This document shows positions 24,590 through 37,906 of a DNA stretch of 64,000 nt, in pieces. Every line of letters begins with the position of its first letter. The stretch's first letter is position 1. The position numbers and the translations under genes were made by a program. The notes under the pieces are model-generated. The model made no database searches, was not told where the DNA came from, and was given only the letters and a program-made list of their open reading frames with translations. Source of the stretch: Eledone cirrhosa (taxonomy: Eukaryota); the NCBI GenBank assembly GCA_964016885.1, contig OZ024746.1, positions 83,452,001-83,516,000 of the forward strand, written 5' to 3'.

Positions 24590-27500
24590 CGATAGCAACG
24601 ATGATGTGTAAACAATACAAAAAGTCAAACGCTTGATTAAATTCCTAATAGTTTTAAATGATTTATATATACTAGCTGAGTGGTTAAAATGTTTACTTCA
24701 CCACATTATAACACCAGGTTTGATCCTACAACACTGTACCAAAGACAAGGGTCTTCTGCTATAGTCTCGATTTCACTAATACCTTGTGGGTGGAATTTAG
24801 TGGACAGAATCTGTGCAGAAGCCCATCATATGTGTGTGTATGTTCACATCTTTGTTTATGTTTATATCAGTTTCTTGTCCGTATTTATGTTGTGTCTTTT
24901 TAGATCTCATAACTTAGCAGTTCAACAAATAGATATTGATAAAATAAGCACTGAAGATTAATACAATCAACTAAAATCCTTGAAGGCAGTGCTCCAGCAT
25001 GGCCATACTCCAATAACTGATATCTGAAAAAATGTATAAGAAAGAATGTTATATGAATAATAACGTCTTGATATATGTACCATATATACACAAATATAAA
25101 CCAATCTGAATATATGCTGACCCTACTACTATTTTATGTCTGAGAAATGGGCAAAAATCCAAACTCCATTTATAAGCCAAGGCAGCTAAGATGGCAAATA
25201 TAAGCTGATCCCCTCCCTCCATTTTAGCCATCAACTTTTTGGGGCACATATTCCTGCTTAAATTCAAGCAGACTAGTAGATTGGCAGAATTGTTAAAGCA
25301 TTGGATAAAATGCCATTATGGTATTTGCTCTGGCTTTTTAAAGTTAAAGTCCTGCTGAGGTCAACTTTGCCTTTCATTCTTCTGGGATTGATAAAATAAT
25401 GTACCAGTCATGTACTGGGGTTGATTTAATTAACTTTACCCATCACCCAAATTTACTGAACTTCTGTGTAAATTAGCAATCAATATAGAAGTAAATGTAT
25501 GTATGTATATGTATGTGTGTTTCAAGTTGTTGGCTACGATTTTACATTTGGGCAGCTGAAATTTTACATTAGGGGTCCATCTTTTTGAGCAGAATGTCAT
25601 AGACATTTTCTGAAAGTTTTTTTTTTTTTAGTTTCTGCCAGAAAAACTAAAAATATTATATATCTCCAAGCATTGCAATAGACATTGGAAAAAGTTACTG
25701 ATTAGAAAAATAATTCATTTAGAGTAATTATGTCAATTAGTACAGTATTTTGAAAATTAAAACATTGGTTCTATATTTGCTTGTTTATTTTTTGTGTATC
25801 TTTATGAAATTCAACTTGAACCATCTTCTGAATTGCCTGGATACAATTTTGAATGAATCAGCATTTCTAAATGAATAGATAAATGTCAGCATTTTCTTAA
25901 CCCTTTCATTACCATATTTCCAATGAAAAACACTGTTGATGGTTTTCAAATAATCTTGAAAATAGCCAAGAATTTGGAAGGATTTAGTAAAATAACTAAC
26001 TTTCTTATTATCAAATTGATGTTTAGAGGAGTGTAGAGAGCCAAAAAAAATGTCAAAAGGTATTCTATCCATCATTCTAATGACATTGCCAATTTCCTGT
26101 CTTTCCTCATATTGGCTGTTGTATAATTACCATTAAATGATAGTTTTAGAAATGAAGTTGTGGAAGTTGTGGTGTAGCTCCAGGTGGACTGTCATGTTGA
26201 AGCTAAGTTCACTTTGCCCAACTCTGTTATGGAAAAAACAAAATGGATGGTCAAATCTGGAATACCTTCAATCATAAGTCTGCTCAATCAATACTGACCT
26301 GAGGTTTAACAACGCCAACAGAGATACAGAAATAGACTTGACTATGGGATTTGTCATATATTAGGCCAGACTACATTGTCTCCATTTGATAGTCTCTCAC
26401 CCCATTTACTTTATAATTTAGAAATAAAGTTGTTGTGTAACCCCTGGTAAGCTCTGTCATGTATACATAATCATTCAACCAGTTAAGACGTGCCCTTCAG
26501 TCATAGTTGACCATGGGTTTGCACCTGAAAAGTTCCTCTCTATGGTCCAAGCCCAGGAAAGGTATTTTTGTGGAAGATAGGCAGTCACCCCTTCATGTCA
26601 GTCTCCTCTTTCCATACCAGATATCCAAGAGAAAGGCAAATGACAATACTTGTTACCAGTGTCATCGCAAATCAAAACTGTTAATTTAAAAATGTTATAC
26701 TCATACCTTGCATCATAATTTTATTTTAGAAATTTTTCTTAATTAATGCTCCTAATATCAGCTTACTAATGAAAAATTGAGTTATTTTATCAAATTTTTT
26801 CAAATGTTTGGTTATTTTCAAAATTTATTGAAACATATAAGTAATGTCTTTCATTCGAAATATAACAATGAAAAGATTAACGCTCTCTGCATCATTACAT
26901 ATGTTAACATTAATGTTGTCTTTCATGCAGTTGGCTTCTCTGAATTATTCAATTTTAAACAATTGTGATTCTCTATTCCAATAAATGTACATAGTTATTA
27001 TCACCATTTTTATGTCCACTTCTCTATGCTTGCATGAACTGGATAGGTTTTCTCCAGCACTGTGTCACATCCCTTTTCATGTCCTTTGTGTGATTATCAC
27101 CCCCAAATCAATTTTCACCACTTCTGCTCATGTCTTATTTAGTGTTCCTGGCACATCTTTACCAAACTACCATCAATGATACTTAGTTCATGTCCTTACC
27201 AACACAATCTTCTCACTTGCACATTAAAGCTGATTCTTCTCATACCCATTTGTATCTCAACTCATCTGTGCTTTGTTGTTTAATCACACTAGCATTTCAT
27301 ATTCAGTAGAACATATTCATCTCATTTATTTCCAGCTTTCACATATTCTCTGCATTCAAGTCTTGTTACCATGTAAATTGTTGTGAAAGGTGATGAGTGA
27401 AGTCAAACCTGGTGTTGTAGTTTCAGTTTTCTAACCATTGAGCTACTAACTAACTAAACATTGAAGCTAACAGACAAAAGAACTAGTGATTATATTAAGT

Positions 27501-29104
27501 TCTATAGCACCTAATCAGTCTGGGTTTTTTATTGTAACAACTGCCTTAATTGTCAGCTTTGTATGTCTGTTCTTTAACAGAATATGAAGTAAAGGTCATT
27601 AGGGTTAACTCATTGGGAATTGGTTTAATCAAACACTCAATATTTATTTCATGCAAATGAATGCAATAAGTAAAGTTAATTACTTAATTTTTTTTCCTAA
27701 TCAAATGAATCCATCAATGGGAAGTTAGACTTATTGACTTCAGTGAGAATTCAAAGCTATATATTAATGAAATACAACTCAATTAAATAGCATGCCAGCT
27801 ACACACAATGAAGAATTGCATCTCCTTATTGCACTTATTTAGAGTTAGGTGGACTAAGCTAATGAGAGTCATGTGTCTAGGTCATAAACATATTACAGTA
27901 TCAGTAATGGAATACAAATTGATGTACTCAGCTACATCATCATCATCATCATCATCATCGTTGTTATCATCATCATCACTTAATGTTCGTTTTCCTTGAT
28001 AGTAAGAATTCAACATGTCATGACAGTCCGGCTAGTACTTAAGCAAAACAACTGACCTCCAGGTGGGCCAAGGGCCTGATATACAATACTGAAATCCACT
28101 GAGTGCATTTTATTGTGGCACCAACACTAAGGAAGTAGTCATATGACTCTTCCAGTGCATCTTCCAAGGAAATACCTTCTCTATTCTGTCTGCCAGGGCT
28201 GTGGGGTGGCCAGTGCATAGGCCCCCATTTGCTTTTAATAGTGAGAGATGGGGAGAGCAGTAGAGATGGAGGCAGTGACAGTGGGAGTTTGGTTCTTTTG
28301 TGTTCGGACTTGTTCTAAGTGACTGTCAAGAACCGGGATTCATATAATCAACTTTTACCCTCCCCTATATTGCTTGCCTTGAGCCTAAACCAGAAATCAT
28401 TATACATTGGTGGGCCACTTATAAGAACTCTAATTTAATTTGACATTTTAATTATCATTCTTATTTACTATGGTTAATAAAGAAAAATATATTTTCATTC
28501 TCATAAAGTTAAACTTTGAAGGAGGGTTGCTATAAGCTATATATTTGAATAGTCAGATGATAGGTGTCAGTTTAAGGTCAGTAACTGAGACTTACTAAAA
28601 TAATATAAAATAACAATAAGATATTTTTGACAAGCTACCCAGCTGGTCACTTTCTGAATCAATTTGTATGAAAGTCAGGTCAAAGTAATTTGATCTTTTA
28701 AAACTGACAAAAGCATGTTATTTTGAAATGTGAAAACAGTCCTCAATGCTAAAAATGTCAGAAATATATATGAAGTGATTCCAGTGATAAAGGAAGAGAA
28801 GCCTTCATTTCTTAACAAACTGTTTCTAATGCTTTTAAAGTTTCTTCAATTTCCCATTAATAGCATCATCATCATCCTCATCCCCCCTCTCTCGCTCTCT
28901 CTCTCTATATATACACACACAAGCATATTAACTGTCAAAAATGACAGGGGTTTGTAATCTCCTATTTCCTCATTTTATTCTCAATGCATAATTGACATCA
29001 ATGACAGTCTTACATCTGCCAATAAAGGAATTAATTTTTATAGCTGTCAGGGTAAATCCCCGCTGTTTAAGGGTTAGTCTACCTCATGGTCCCAGTGGAG
29101 AAAA

Positions 29105-29476
29105 TGAAGAAGATATTGCCCTGGGGGATGGCAAGGGAGACACACTGTAACAGCCACTCCAGTTCATGGGATCACTCCTGCGGGTAGCCAGATAATAGTG
29201 AGTAGAGATGTGGTTAGAGGGCCAAGAATGCTGGAAGTCTCCACTGCCACAGGCTCAACTTCAAACTTATCCGAGAATGGCTGATAATTTGACAGTTTTC
29301 CCTCTTTGACCTGGCAGGCAGGGAAGCCTGGGTTAGTAGCTGAGGGCACCAGGTTGCTGCTGGAGAAGTTGTTGCAATATGTAGCATCCCAGATGAAAAG
29401 TTTACCACCGTAGAATGGAAAGATTGTCATATCATCTGGCCTTTTACTTTCTGTCTCCTCAGTCCAGCCTTGCTGG
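29105..29476 (-). pseudogene. CRE-like non-LTR retrotransposon relic, restriction-like endonuclease region
   Basis: KRPDDMTIFPFYGGKLFIWDAT...EPVAVETSSILG...WLLQCVSLAIPQGN matches the RPDGxTxxPWxxGKxLxWDxT...PxAVETxGxxG...LxQRxSLAxQRGN pattern. Includes ORF 29164..29430. Confidence 0.8.
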
Positions 29477-29839
29477 AAATGGAAAAAGATGAGTATTGAC
29501 TTCGATACTCATCTTTTTCCATTTCTTAGAGGGTTCTAAACCCCGTTGTCAGGCTAAAATTTTGTTAGTAAAAAAAATACGGCGAAAGCTTCTATTTCTA
29601 TTATATATATATAGTGTAGAGAATTAAAAAAATATTTATATCCAATGTTGATAGAACACTCAAACTGAGGTACAAGTTATAATATACAAAACTATGTTAA
29701 ATTCCTAACATTTTCATCTGTCGAATATTAACATTTGGCTGTGGGAATATTTCCATAGCTCATCAGTCCGACATATTGGGATGAAATGTATGTTGACAAG
29801 ATATGTGTTTAATATATGTATATATGTGTGGTGTGGTGT

Positions 29840-29875
<36 letters not shown>

Positions 29876-30439
29876 CTAGACCTCCATCTGTTCTGACAAC
29901 AAATATTCCATTTGCTTGAGCAATGGTACAGCCTGCTTGGGAAATTAAGGTGCAAATGGCAGAACATTCCACAGACACGTGTACCCTTAAGATAGTTCTC
30001 AGGAAGATTCATCAGGATACAGGACATCATCAGGAATCAAACTCACAACCTTACAATCATGAGCAAATCATTGTATCCACTAAGCCACATGCCTTCAGTG
30101 CTGGAGGTTCATACACTGTCTGAAAAATAACAAGATGATCATAGGTCTCCTGGATTAGGGCTGCTGTGGAGCTGATTAAACAATAATAACAACATCAACA
30201 TAAAAAAAAAACAAATCAAAAACATTTTTTAGAAGGAAAAAATAGTAAAAATACAATTCAATATTGAATTTGTTAGTAACATCATCATCATCATCATCAC
30301 CATATCACAGCTATTTTCCATGCTTGCATGGGTTAGACAGATTGTCATGTTCTGAAGCTAGACTAGTCAAATGACTATGTCTTGCTCATGTTCCATTTTG
30401 GTATGATTTCAATGGGTGGATGCCCTTCTTTAATGCCAA

Positions 30440-31005
30440 CCATTTTATGGTGTGTACTGGGTGTGTTTTATCATGGCACCCCCACTACCACCTGACAGGG
30501 TTGCCTCAGTGTGTTTTATAGAGGCACCAGCATTAGCACTTTACAGAGTGAGCTGAGTGCATTTTATTGTGGCACCAGCATTACCATTTTACAGTGTGGG
30601 CTGAGTGCATTTTATCGTGGTACCAGCACTACTACTTTACAGTGTGGGCTGAATATATTTTATCATGACATCACCACTATTTCATTACAGTGTGAGCTGA
30701 GTGCATTTTATCATGGCATTAGCACTACCTCTTTACAGTGTGAGCTGGGTGCATTTGATCATAGTACCAGCACTACCACTTTACATTGTGGGCTGAGTAC
30801 ATTTTATTGTGGTACCAGCACTACCACTTTACAGTATGAGCTGGGTGCAATATCACAGCATCAGCACTACCTCTTTACAGTGTGAGCTGGCTACAGTTTA
30901 TCGTGGTGCCATCTATATCACTTTACAGTGTAGGCTGGGTGCATTTTATCGTGGCATCAGCACAACTATATTACAGCGTAGGCTGGGTGCATTTTATCAT
31001 TACCA
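30440..31005. repeat. About 41-bp tandem repeat (roughly 13 diverged units) inside an RTE-tail-type element
   Basis: Unit approximately TTTACAGTGTGGGCTGAGTGCATTTTATCGTGGTACCAGCACTACCAC. Preceded by the reverse (GAT)n tail and TTTTCCATGCTTGCATGGG at about 30280-30335. Confidence 0.85.
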
Positions 31006-31125
31006 CTTGATAATTCTGAACTGGTTTAGAAACTCTAGAGAGCTGTATACTGCTCTTAATCTTTCGTTATCCATTCTACTCAGAAAAATTGCAAAATTAC
31101 AATACACTAAATTGAAAAAGAAACA

Positions 31126-31165
<40 letters not shown>

Positions 31166-31685
31166 TAATTTATATTAGAAAATTTAATTACACATTGAAA
31201 TTCTCATTACTAAAAGGGTTTCTTTCTCCTAAAATATGGGAGCTTGTACTAATGTAACAAATCAATATTTATTTACTGCCTATAATAAAAATTGCTTAAA
31301 GTGCTGTTCTTTATCTGTTTTGCAAATGATAAGCATGTGTAAAGTATGACATGGATTATGTTTTCTTTATAACTCCTTGTTTAATATGCCATATAAATAT
31401 TCATGATTGTTAGACTCTTATCTTAAAGGTATATGTTTTTGAAAAAAAAAATTTTTTTTTGTCTTCACATATACTAGCATGAACATGGTGTCTTAAAGAT
31501 AGCATATTTGGCAATATCATTCCTTATTGCATACAGTGATTAATTAATGCATCTTCTTGTATGTATTTATATATATATACAGACATATCTCTATACCCAC
31601 TCTGCATCTTCCCATGCATTGAGTACTCACATTAGTGGTCTCTTGGGTCTCAGCACTGCTGACTCTCTATATACATAGATGTGAA

Positions 31686-31737
<52 letters not shown>

Positions 31738-31779
31738 CGTGTGAGTGTGTATATATAAATATATATATGTATATATATA

Positions 31780-32005
31780 AGTCAAATTATAGAGTTAGAA
31801 ACTCACAATAAATCTCCTATGATCAGGGGACCTCAAGGAAGAAAGACCGAGCTCATTATAAATCATAGCAATGAGAGAAGGCACATAATAAATTATGTCA
31901 GATAATAGGGGATAAAATTCTACCCTGGTAAAGCACATAAAAACTACAGATGGAGCGGTAAATACAAATTAATAAAATAATTTATTATGTGCCTTCTCTC
32001 ATTGC

Positions 32006-32008
<3 letters not shown>
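31780..32008 (-). mobile_element. Fold-back element in (TA)n with 32-bp perfect arms
   Basis: ATAGCAATGAGAGAAGGCACATAATAAATTAT at 31865-31896 and its exact reverse complement at 31977-32008. Confidence 0.75.
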
Positions 32009-32055
<47 letters not shown>

Positions 32056-32056
<1 letters not shown>

Positions 32057-32585
32057 TTCGTTTCTGAATTTGTTTAGCAAGATTCTTTATCTGAAAACGT
32101 GTGTTGAAACCAATATTGTTATACTTTGGGAGGGTCATGTTACCAATAAGAAACACACGCACCAGTTGCTTTCACTCCAATTTATTATAAATTAAGTTAT
32201 AAATTTTAAAAAAATTTATAAATTTCCGGTTGGTTGGTTGGTTGGTTCCACAACCGGACGGTTGTTCATATATTGTCAAGGTTCTTTCGTCACACATTCT
32301 GTGACCTCTTCAGTGACCGGAGATTCTTTTCTTTGTTTTGTGCCTCTCCTTTGTTCTGTCCTACACCATCTTGTTTTTGTGTGTGTTTACAAAGTGTGTG
32401 TTTACAAAGAGGTCACAGAATGTGTGACGAAAGAACTTTGACAATATATGAACCGTCCGGTTGTGGAACCAACCAACCGGAAATTTATAAATTTTTTTAA
32501 AATTTATAACTTAATTTATAATAAATTGGAGTGAAAGCAACTGGTGCGTGTGTTTCTTATTGGCAATATGATTCTCCCAAAGTAT

Positions 32586-32593
<8 letters not shown>
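32056..32593 (-). mobile_element. Fold-back element, family E, about 195-bp arms, in (TA)n
   Basis: Arms 32113-32310 and 32407-32593. Minus strand 32275-32317 has GTCA-CTGAAGA-G-GTCACA/TGTGAC-GAAAG with a non-canonical stem III. A related single arm lies at about 4489-4620. Confidence 0.85.
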
Positions 32594-32638
<45 letters not shown>

Positions 32639-33089
32639 GAAGAATAAGACAATTTATTAATTACGTTTTTGCTGTCATAGACATTTTAATCGGGAAAGTA
32701 TCTTATATCAAGTGCTAAAGCCAGCATACACAAGTGTTATTCATTAACACATACAACTGAGAAACAGTTACTGATTGACAAACATGAACAGACCAAGCAC
32801 ACCAGAGGTCTTGACAGCAAACAAAGGGAGCCAGTTGGTGAAGCCCTGGTATTTGGCTATCTTCCTCTCCTCCGTGTTATGAGCAACAGTGCTTAGGTTT
32901 GCAGCTGAAGCGACAAGGGTTAAAATAGAAGCAAAGAAACAACAATCTATTTTTTTAGACTAGGGGGAAGGTGGGGCCATAGAAGTACTGTATTTTTCTG
33001 AATATAAAATGCATTACTGTATACTAGCAGAAAAACCACCCTTCAGGTGGTTTTCTACTAGCATGTGTAGTGTGTATATTGATATTATA

Positions 33090-33393
33090 CGCAAGTATAT
33101 ATACATGTAGATATGATCAAATAAAATCGTAATTGACAATATACTCAGAAATTGAAAGAAGACTCTGTTACATTGTCTTATGTAATAGGTAACGTAATCC
33201 ATGATACATTAAAAAAAAACGACATTATATATAAACTGCATTAGGAGAAAATTAGTGATAGAAAATTAGTAGGTTTATTTAAGCGATCGCCACCGGAAGT
33301 GTTGACATCACACACACTCTCTCTCTTTCTCTCTCTCTCTATATATATATGTGGTAGTTGAAGTGGTGGTGGTAGCAACGATATACCGTAAGT
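33090..33393 (+). promoter_or_regulatory. Putative promoter and short first exon
   Basis: Local CpG enrichment, ETS consensus ACCGGAAGTG at 33292-33301, and donor ACC|GTAAGT at 33388. Confidence 0.45.
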
Positions 33394-33968
33394 GCAACTT
33401 TGAAAAGAAGTCACTTTTAAATTATTTATTTTTACGAAATTATTTTTTGTTTGCGAAATTTAGTAGATAAATTATGTAATATTCATTCATTATTTATTCA
33501 AAGTAATCCAACTTATTTTACAAACGAGATAAAAAAAAAAAAACCGTACACAATCCCGCAGACCTTCCTTTATTATAGTTTAGATGATACACAGTTATTT
33601 TCAAGAAAAACGTTTAGGAAAAATGTTAATATACATGGCTTGTATATAATATACATCATTTTTACATCTGCTTTTCCATACTGACATGAGAAGGGCAGGA
33701 CCTTTTGAGACAGTGTTTTATAGCCAGGTGTCATTCCTGATGCCAGCTCTTTTAGTTGCAGGAATACATTGTACCCATTATTAACTATATATGTTATTTG
33801 AAAAGGTAGGAATTCCAAGTGCAGAAAATAACTAACAACAGTCGATTACTATAAATAATAGCTTACATAATCAGGTAGAATACTCTTAAAGATGGAAAAA
33901 AGTGTCCATTTCAAATCCCCTAACAACTTCAATAATTTGTAAGATTTATATATATATGATATTTGTAT

Positions 33969-34113
33969 AGAGTGACAATAAGAAATCAAATTTGCAGCTT
34001 GTTATGAAACCTTATTGTATATTACAACTGTTTTGATATCGATCAGCTCAGGTTTGATCAGGCGATTGGATCCCAACTCTTAATCAACACCTCTTCAGAT
34101 ATGTGAGTTTACA
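33969..34113 (-). mobile_element. Family C hammerhead-bearing element, core mutated
   Basis: Reverse complement matches 5195-5320: CATAT-CTGAAGA-stem II-AAAAC (G12 to A)-AGTT-GTA-ATATA. Confidence 0.7.
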
Positions 34114-35930
34114 TATATATTATATTTATATGTATGCTTGTGTGTATTTGTCTCTTCTCTTTACATACAATGTTGCAGGTGGTGATATTTGTTTACATTC
34201 TACATAATCAGAGATCCCACAGCTTAATGGTTAGACATGCAAAGGTCCATACCTTACTTTAAAAAACAAGTGAGGGCTGGTATCAGGAAATGCATCCAGT
34301 TATAGAATTCTACCTTAGAAAGTCTTATCCAATCCATGCTAGTATGGAATGAAAATAGACATAAAACTGATGATGATGTAAAGTGGTTGGTGAAAGGAAG
34401 GAAATCCAACTGTAGAAAACATGCCAAATAAAGGGTTGGGAGAATTCTTCAGCTGTATCAAAGACATGACAACCTCACTTGTGTTGGTGTCATGATAAAA
34501 TGCACTCGGTAGAGTGTGGGATGATTTGGGCCTCCAACACATCTGAGCACTTGATAGAATGCAGGAATGTATGTAAGCAAGATGCAAACCCCCAGATCGT
34601 CTGAGTTGTCAGTAGCTCTGCTTGGTCTGTGATGACCCATCCAACCATTGCTAACTAGAAAAACATATTAAATGATGATGATGATGATGACAATGATGAC
34701 GATAATAATGATGATGATGATGATGATGATGATATATATAAAATCATTACCCCACTTCTATATCTGTATACACACAGTTTCTTTAACCACCTGTCATGAA
34801 ATAAAATCTAAAATGAGATCAATAAAAAAAATCAGCTGTTTTTAAGCAAAAATACTTAGAGATTAGCAATTACATATACCTTATTTATATGTGTATATAG
34901 ATTATATACATATATAATTTATACATTTATAGTGTATAGTTATACTAATAGATTTATTATTATACACACATGTAAGGCCCCTTAACTCTTGATCGAGTCA
35001 TAGGGACACCGTCATGACATATATTTAAGTGTGTGTGTGTGTTTATGTGCTTATCTCTGTTTCTTCTCTTGGGCATTCCAAGCCTGAATACAACAGTTTT
35101 CTTCGAGAGAAAGAAAGAAAAATAGAAGGAGACATAGTAGAAAAATTGACCCCAGTACTACACAGGTACTTTAATTATCCACCCTGAAATGATGCAAAGC
35201 AATGTTGACCTTGGTGGGATTTGAAATCAGAATGCAGAGAGCCGGAACAAAAACTGTAAAAAATGTTTCTCCAATATTCTAATGACACACACATATGTAT
35301 ATAATATATTAATTAATATATATTTGTGTTAGTGTTAGTACAAATAGTACGCCTTATAAAGTGGTTAGTAATAGGAAAGGCATCAAGCTGTAGAAAACAT
35401 GACAAGCGAAGTATTGAGGGGTCTCTTCAGGATATGACAACTTCCCAAGCATTGGTGCCATGATAAAAAAAGCACTCAGTAGAGCACAGGAATGTACGTA
35501 AGTGAAATGTAGACTTTTGGGTTATCTGAGAGGTCAGTAGCTCAGCTTAATTACTGACCAGTCAGTGAAAACCTCCCCAACCCTTGTTACCAGAGAAAAT
35601 GGACACCAAACAATATTGATGATGATGACAATATGTATGTCCTTGTGTATTAATTTCTTACATAGGCTCAAAGCTTAGTGAAGAAGAAGAAGATGATGAT
35701 GATGATGAATAGGGAGGAATTGGAAAACTGGCTGCTATTTCTTGCAGATCGAGCAGCCCCAAAAGCTCTTTCATTGGCTTGAGATAAATCTTCCTTTTGA
35801 AGAGGATATTAGTCTATCATAGATTCCTTTATCAAAACTTATCTATAATGAAGTTTTCAAGTGTACAGGTTTTTCTTCTGGGTAGTAACCAATGTAAAAC
35901 AAATTCAGGGATTCTACTCGTGGACTTTCT

Positions 35931-37028
35931 AAGTACATGTAGTGGGATCACAGGTAAGCTAACTAAGAATATAGATTTTATATGTGGCCGGTGCTCAGGT
36001 GCAATAAGTAGCAGCAAGTGCGCACAGAATACTAGCTCATTCCATTGCACAGATGGTTCTATAGAAATAGTGGACACCTTCCGTTACCTGGGTGACAAAA
36101 TCAGCAGTGGTGGAGGGTGCTCTGAAAGTACAGTAGCTAGAGTCAGAACGGGATGGAAAAAGTTCAGAGAGCTTATACCACTATTGGCCGCTAAAGGGTT
36201 CTCTCTAAAAATGAAAGGCAGACTGTATGATGCCTGCATACGAACAGCAACGTTACATGGCAGTGAGACTTGGGCATTGTGTGCATAGGATATACGCAGA
36301 CTGGAGAGGAACGAAGCTTGCATGCTCCGCTGGGTGTGTAATAGTAATATACATGAACGGCAAAGCATAAACGAACTAAGGGAGAAATTAGGAATAAGAG
36401 GGATCAGATGTTGTTTACTCGAGAGAAGACTACGTTGGTATGGTCACGTGATGCGCATGAAAGACGACAGCTGTATAAAAAAGTGCAGGGCAATAAAAAT
36501 AGACAGTAGCCACGGAGTAGGCAGACCCAGAAAAACCTGGGATGACTTGATAAATTCCGACCTCACACACACCTCTCCAAGACAATGTCACTGGACCGAG
36601 ATTTTTGGCGCTACACAGTAATACAGAAGATCCGCCTTGCCTAAGTACAAAGCGAAACTTACAGTCAGTAGGCACCTCTAACAAAAATACACCTCGGCCC
36701 ACTATCCCCACCCCATCCACACCACCCCTTTCAATGTAAAGTTATGTTGGTACCACAACATCCAGTCCGAAACAAATGAGGTCGTGTAGGTGTCACGACA
36801 AAAAACACAGTCCACGCTGTAATGTGGCCGTGTAGGTAACACGGTAAAAACCTCCCAGTCCACACTGTAAACGTGGTTGGTATTAGGAAGGGCATCCAGC
36901 CGTAGAAAACCCACCAGACAGTCCTATACGAGCAAGACAACCAATCTTGCCTCAAGTGGGAAAATTCATGTCCAAACCCATGCAAGCGTGGAAGATAGAC
37001 GTTAAATGATGATGATGATGATGATGAT
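35931..37028 (+). mobile_element. 5'-truncated RTE-clade LINE: C-terminal ORF region, 3' UTR and (GAT)n tail
   Basis: FRYLGDKISSGGGCSESTVARVRTGWKKFRELIPLL...LHGSETW, an in-frame stop at 36286-36288, then RRLRWYGHVMR and GRPRKTW. These are typical RTE motifs. Confidence 0.92.
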
Positions 37029-37420
37029 GCACCAATCAATGAATTATCAGTGTTTCCTCTGATCGATCAACAAGATCCCAGACCTCATTCGCTTGCCAAG
37101 TGGGGTGGACCTTGTGAAACCAGACCAAGGAAACAATGTTTCCATTGGTTTTTCCATTGCTGATACTATCTATCGGTCGCAACTCTTGGCAGAAGGAGCA
37201 ACATGAAATAAAGTGTCTTGTTCAAGGACACAACACATCACCTGGTCCAAGAATTGAACTCACAACCTCACGATTGTGAATCCATCTCTCTAACCACTAA
37301 GCCATGGACCTTTCAGTGTACATATGCTGGACCTTTCAGTGTACATATGCTGCAAAATAAAGCATTTTTTAAAACTCTTTTGATACCAAATCATCTGAAA
37401 CTGCTTCTGATTCTATAATA

Positions 37421-37612
37421 TGAGGGTGGTCTAAAAAGTTTATAGGCTGATTATGAAGGAGTGATGCTAGGGTTGTGAAATCTTAGGTGCATTAATTTCA
37501 ACTCTTCCTATCAATAACTGCATTGTTTCTTTCTAGGGACTATGTGAAAATAAACCACATTTGGTCATTCCATGAGTATATTGTGGTCAGCGTATGAACT
37601 TTTCAGCTGATC
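37421..37612. mobile_element. Decayed mariner-like MITE
   Basis: TA-TGAGGGTGGTCTAAAAAGTTTATAGGCTGA at the left end and an imperfect complement TCAGCGTATGAACTTTTCAG at the right end. Confidence 0.45.
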
Positions 37613-37685
37613 AAACTTGTTTATTTTAAAATATTTATATTTATCTATATTTATCTAAAAACCTATTATAATTTTATATTATTAA

Positions 37686-37906
37686 CCCTTTAGCATTTAA
37701 ACCAGCTATATCCGGCCAGAATTCTCTCACCTCTTTCTGTTCAAACTGGCTGTAACTGGCCACTCATACAGATGTTAAGGTATTGTTCTCAATATAAATA
37801 ATATCAAAATCTCATAGATTCGATATTATGTGAGATAATTATGTGAGGTAAGGCCTTTACCGTGAAAATATAATAGTAAATATAGAGTAATGTAAATGTT
37901 AAAGGG
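37686..37906 (+). mobile_element. piggyBac-type MITE (221 bp)
   Basis: TIRs CCCTTTAGCATTTA / TAAATGTTAAAGGG, flanked by TTAA at 37682-37685 and 37907-37910. Confidence 0.9.
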
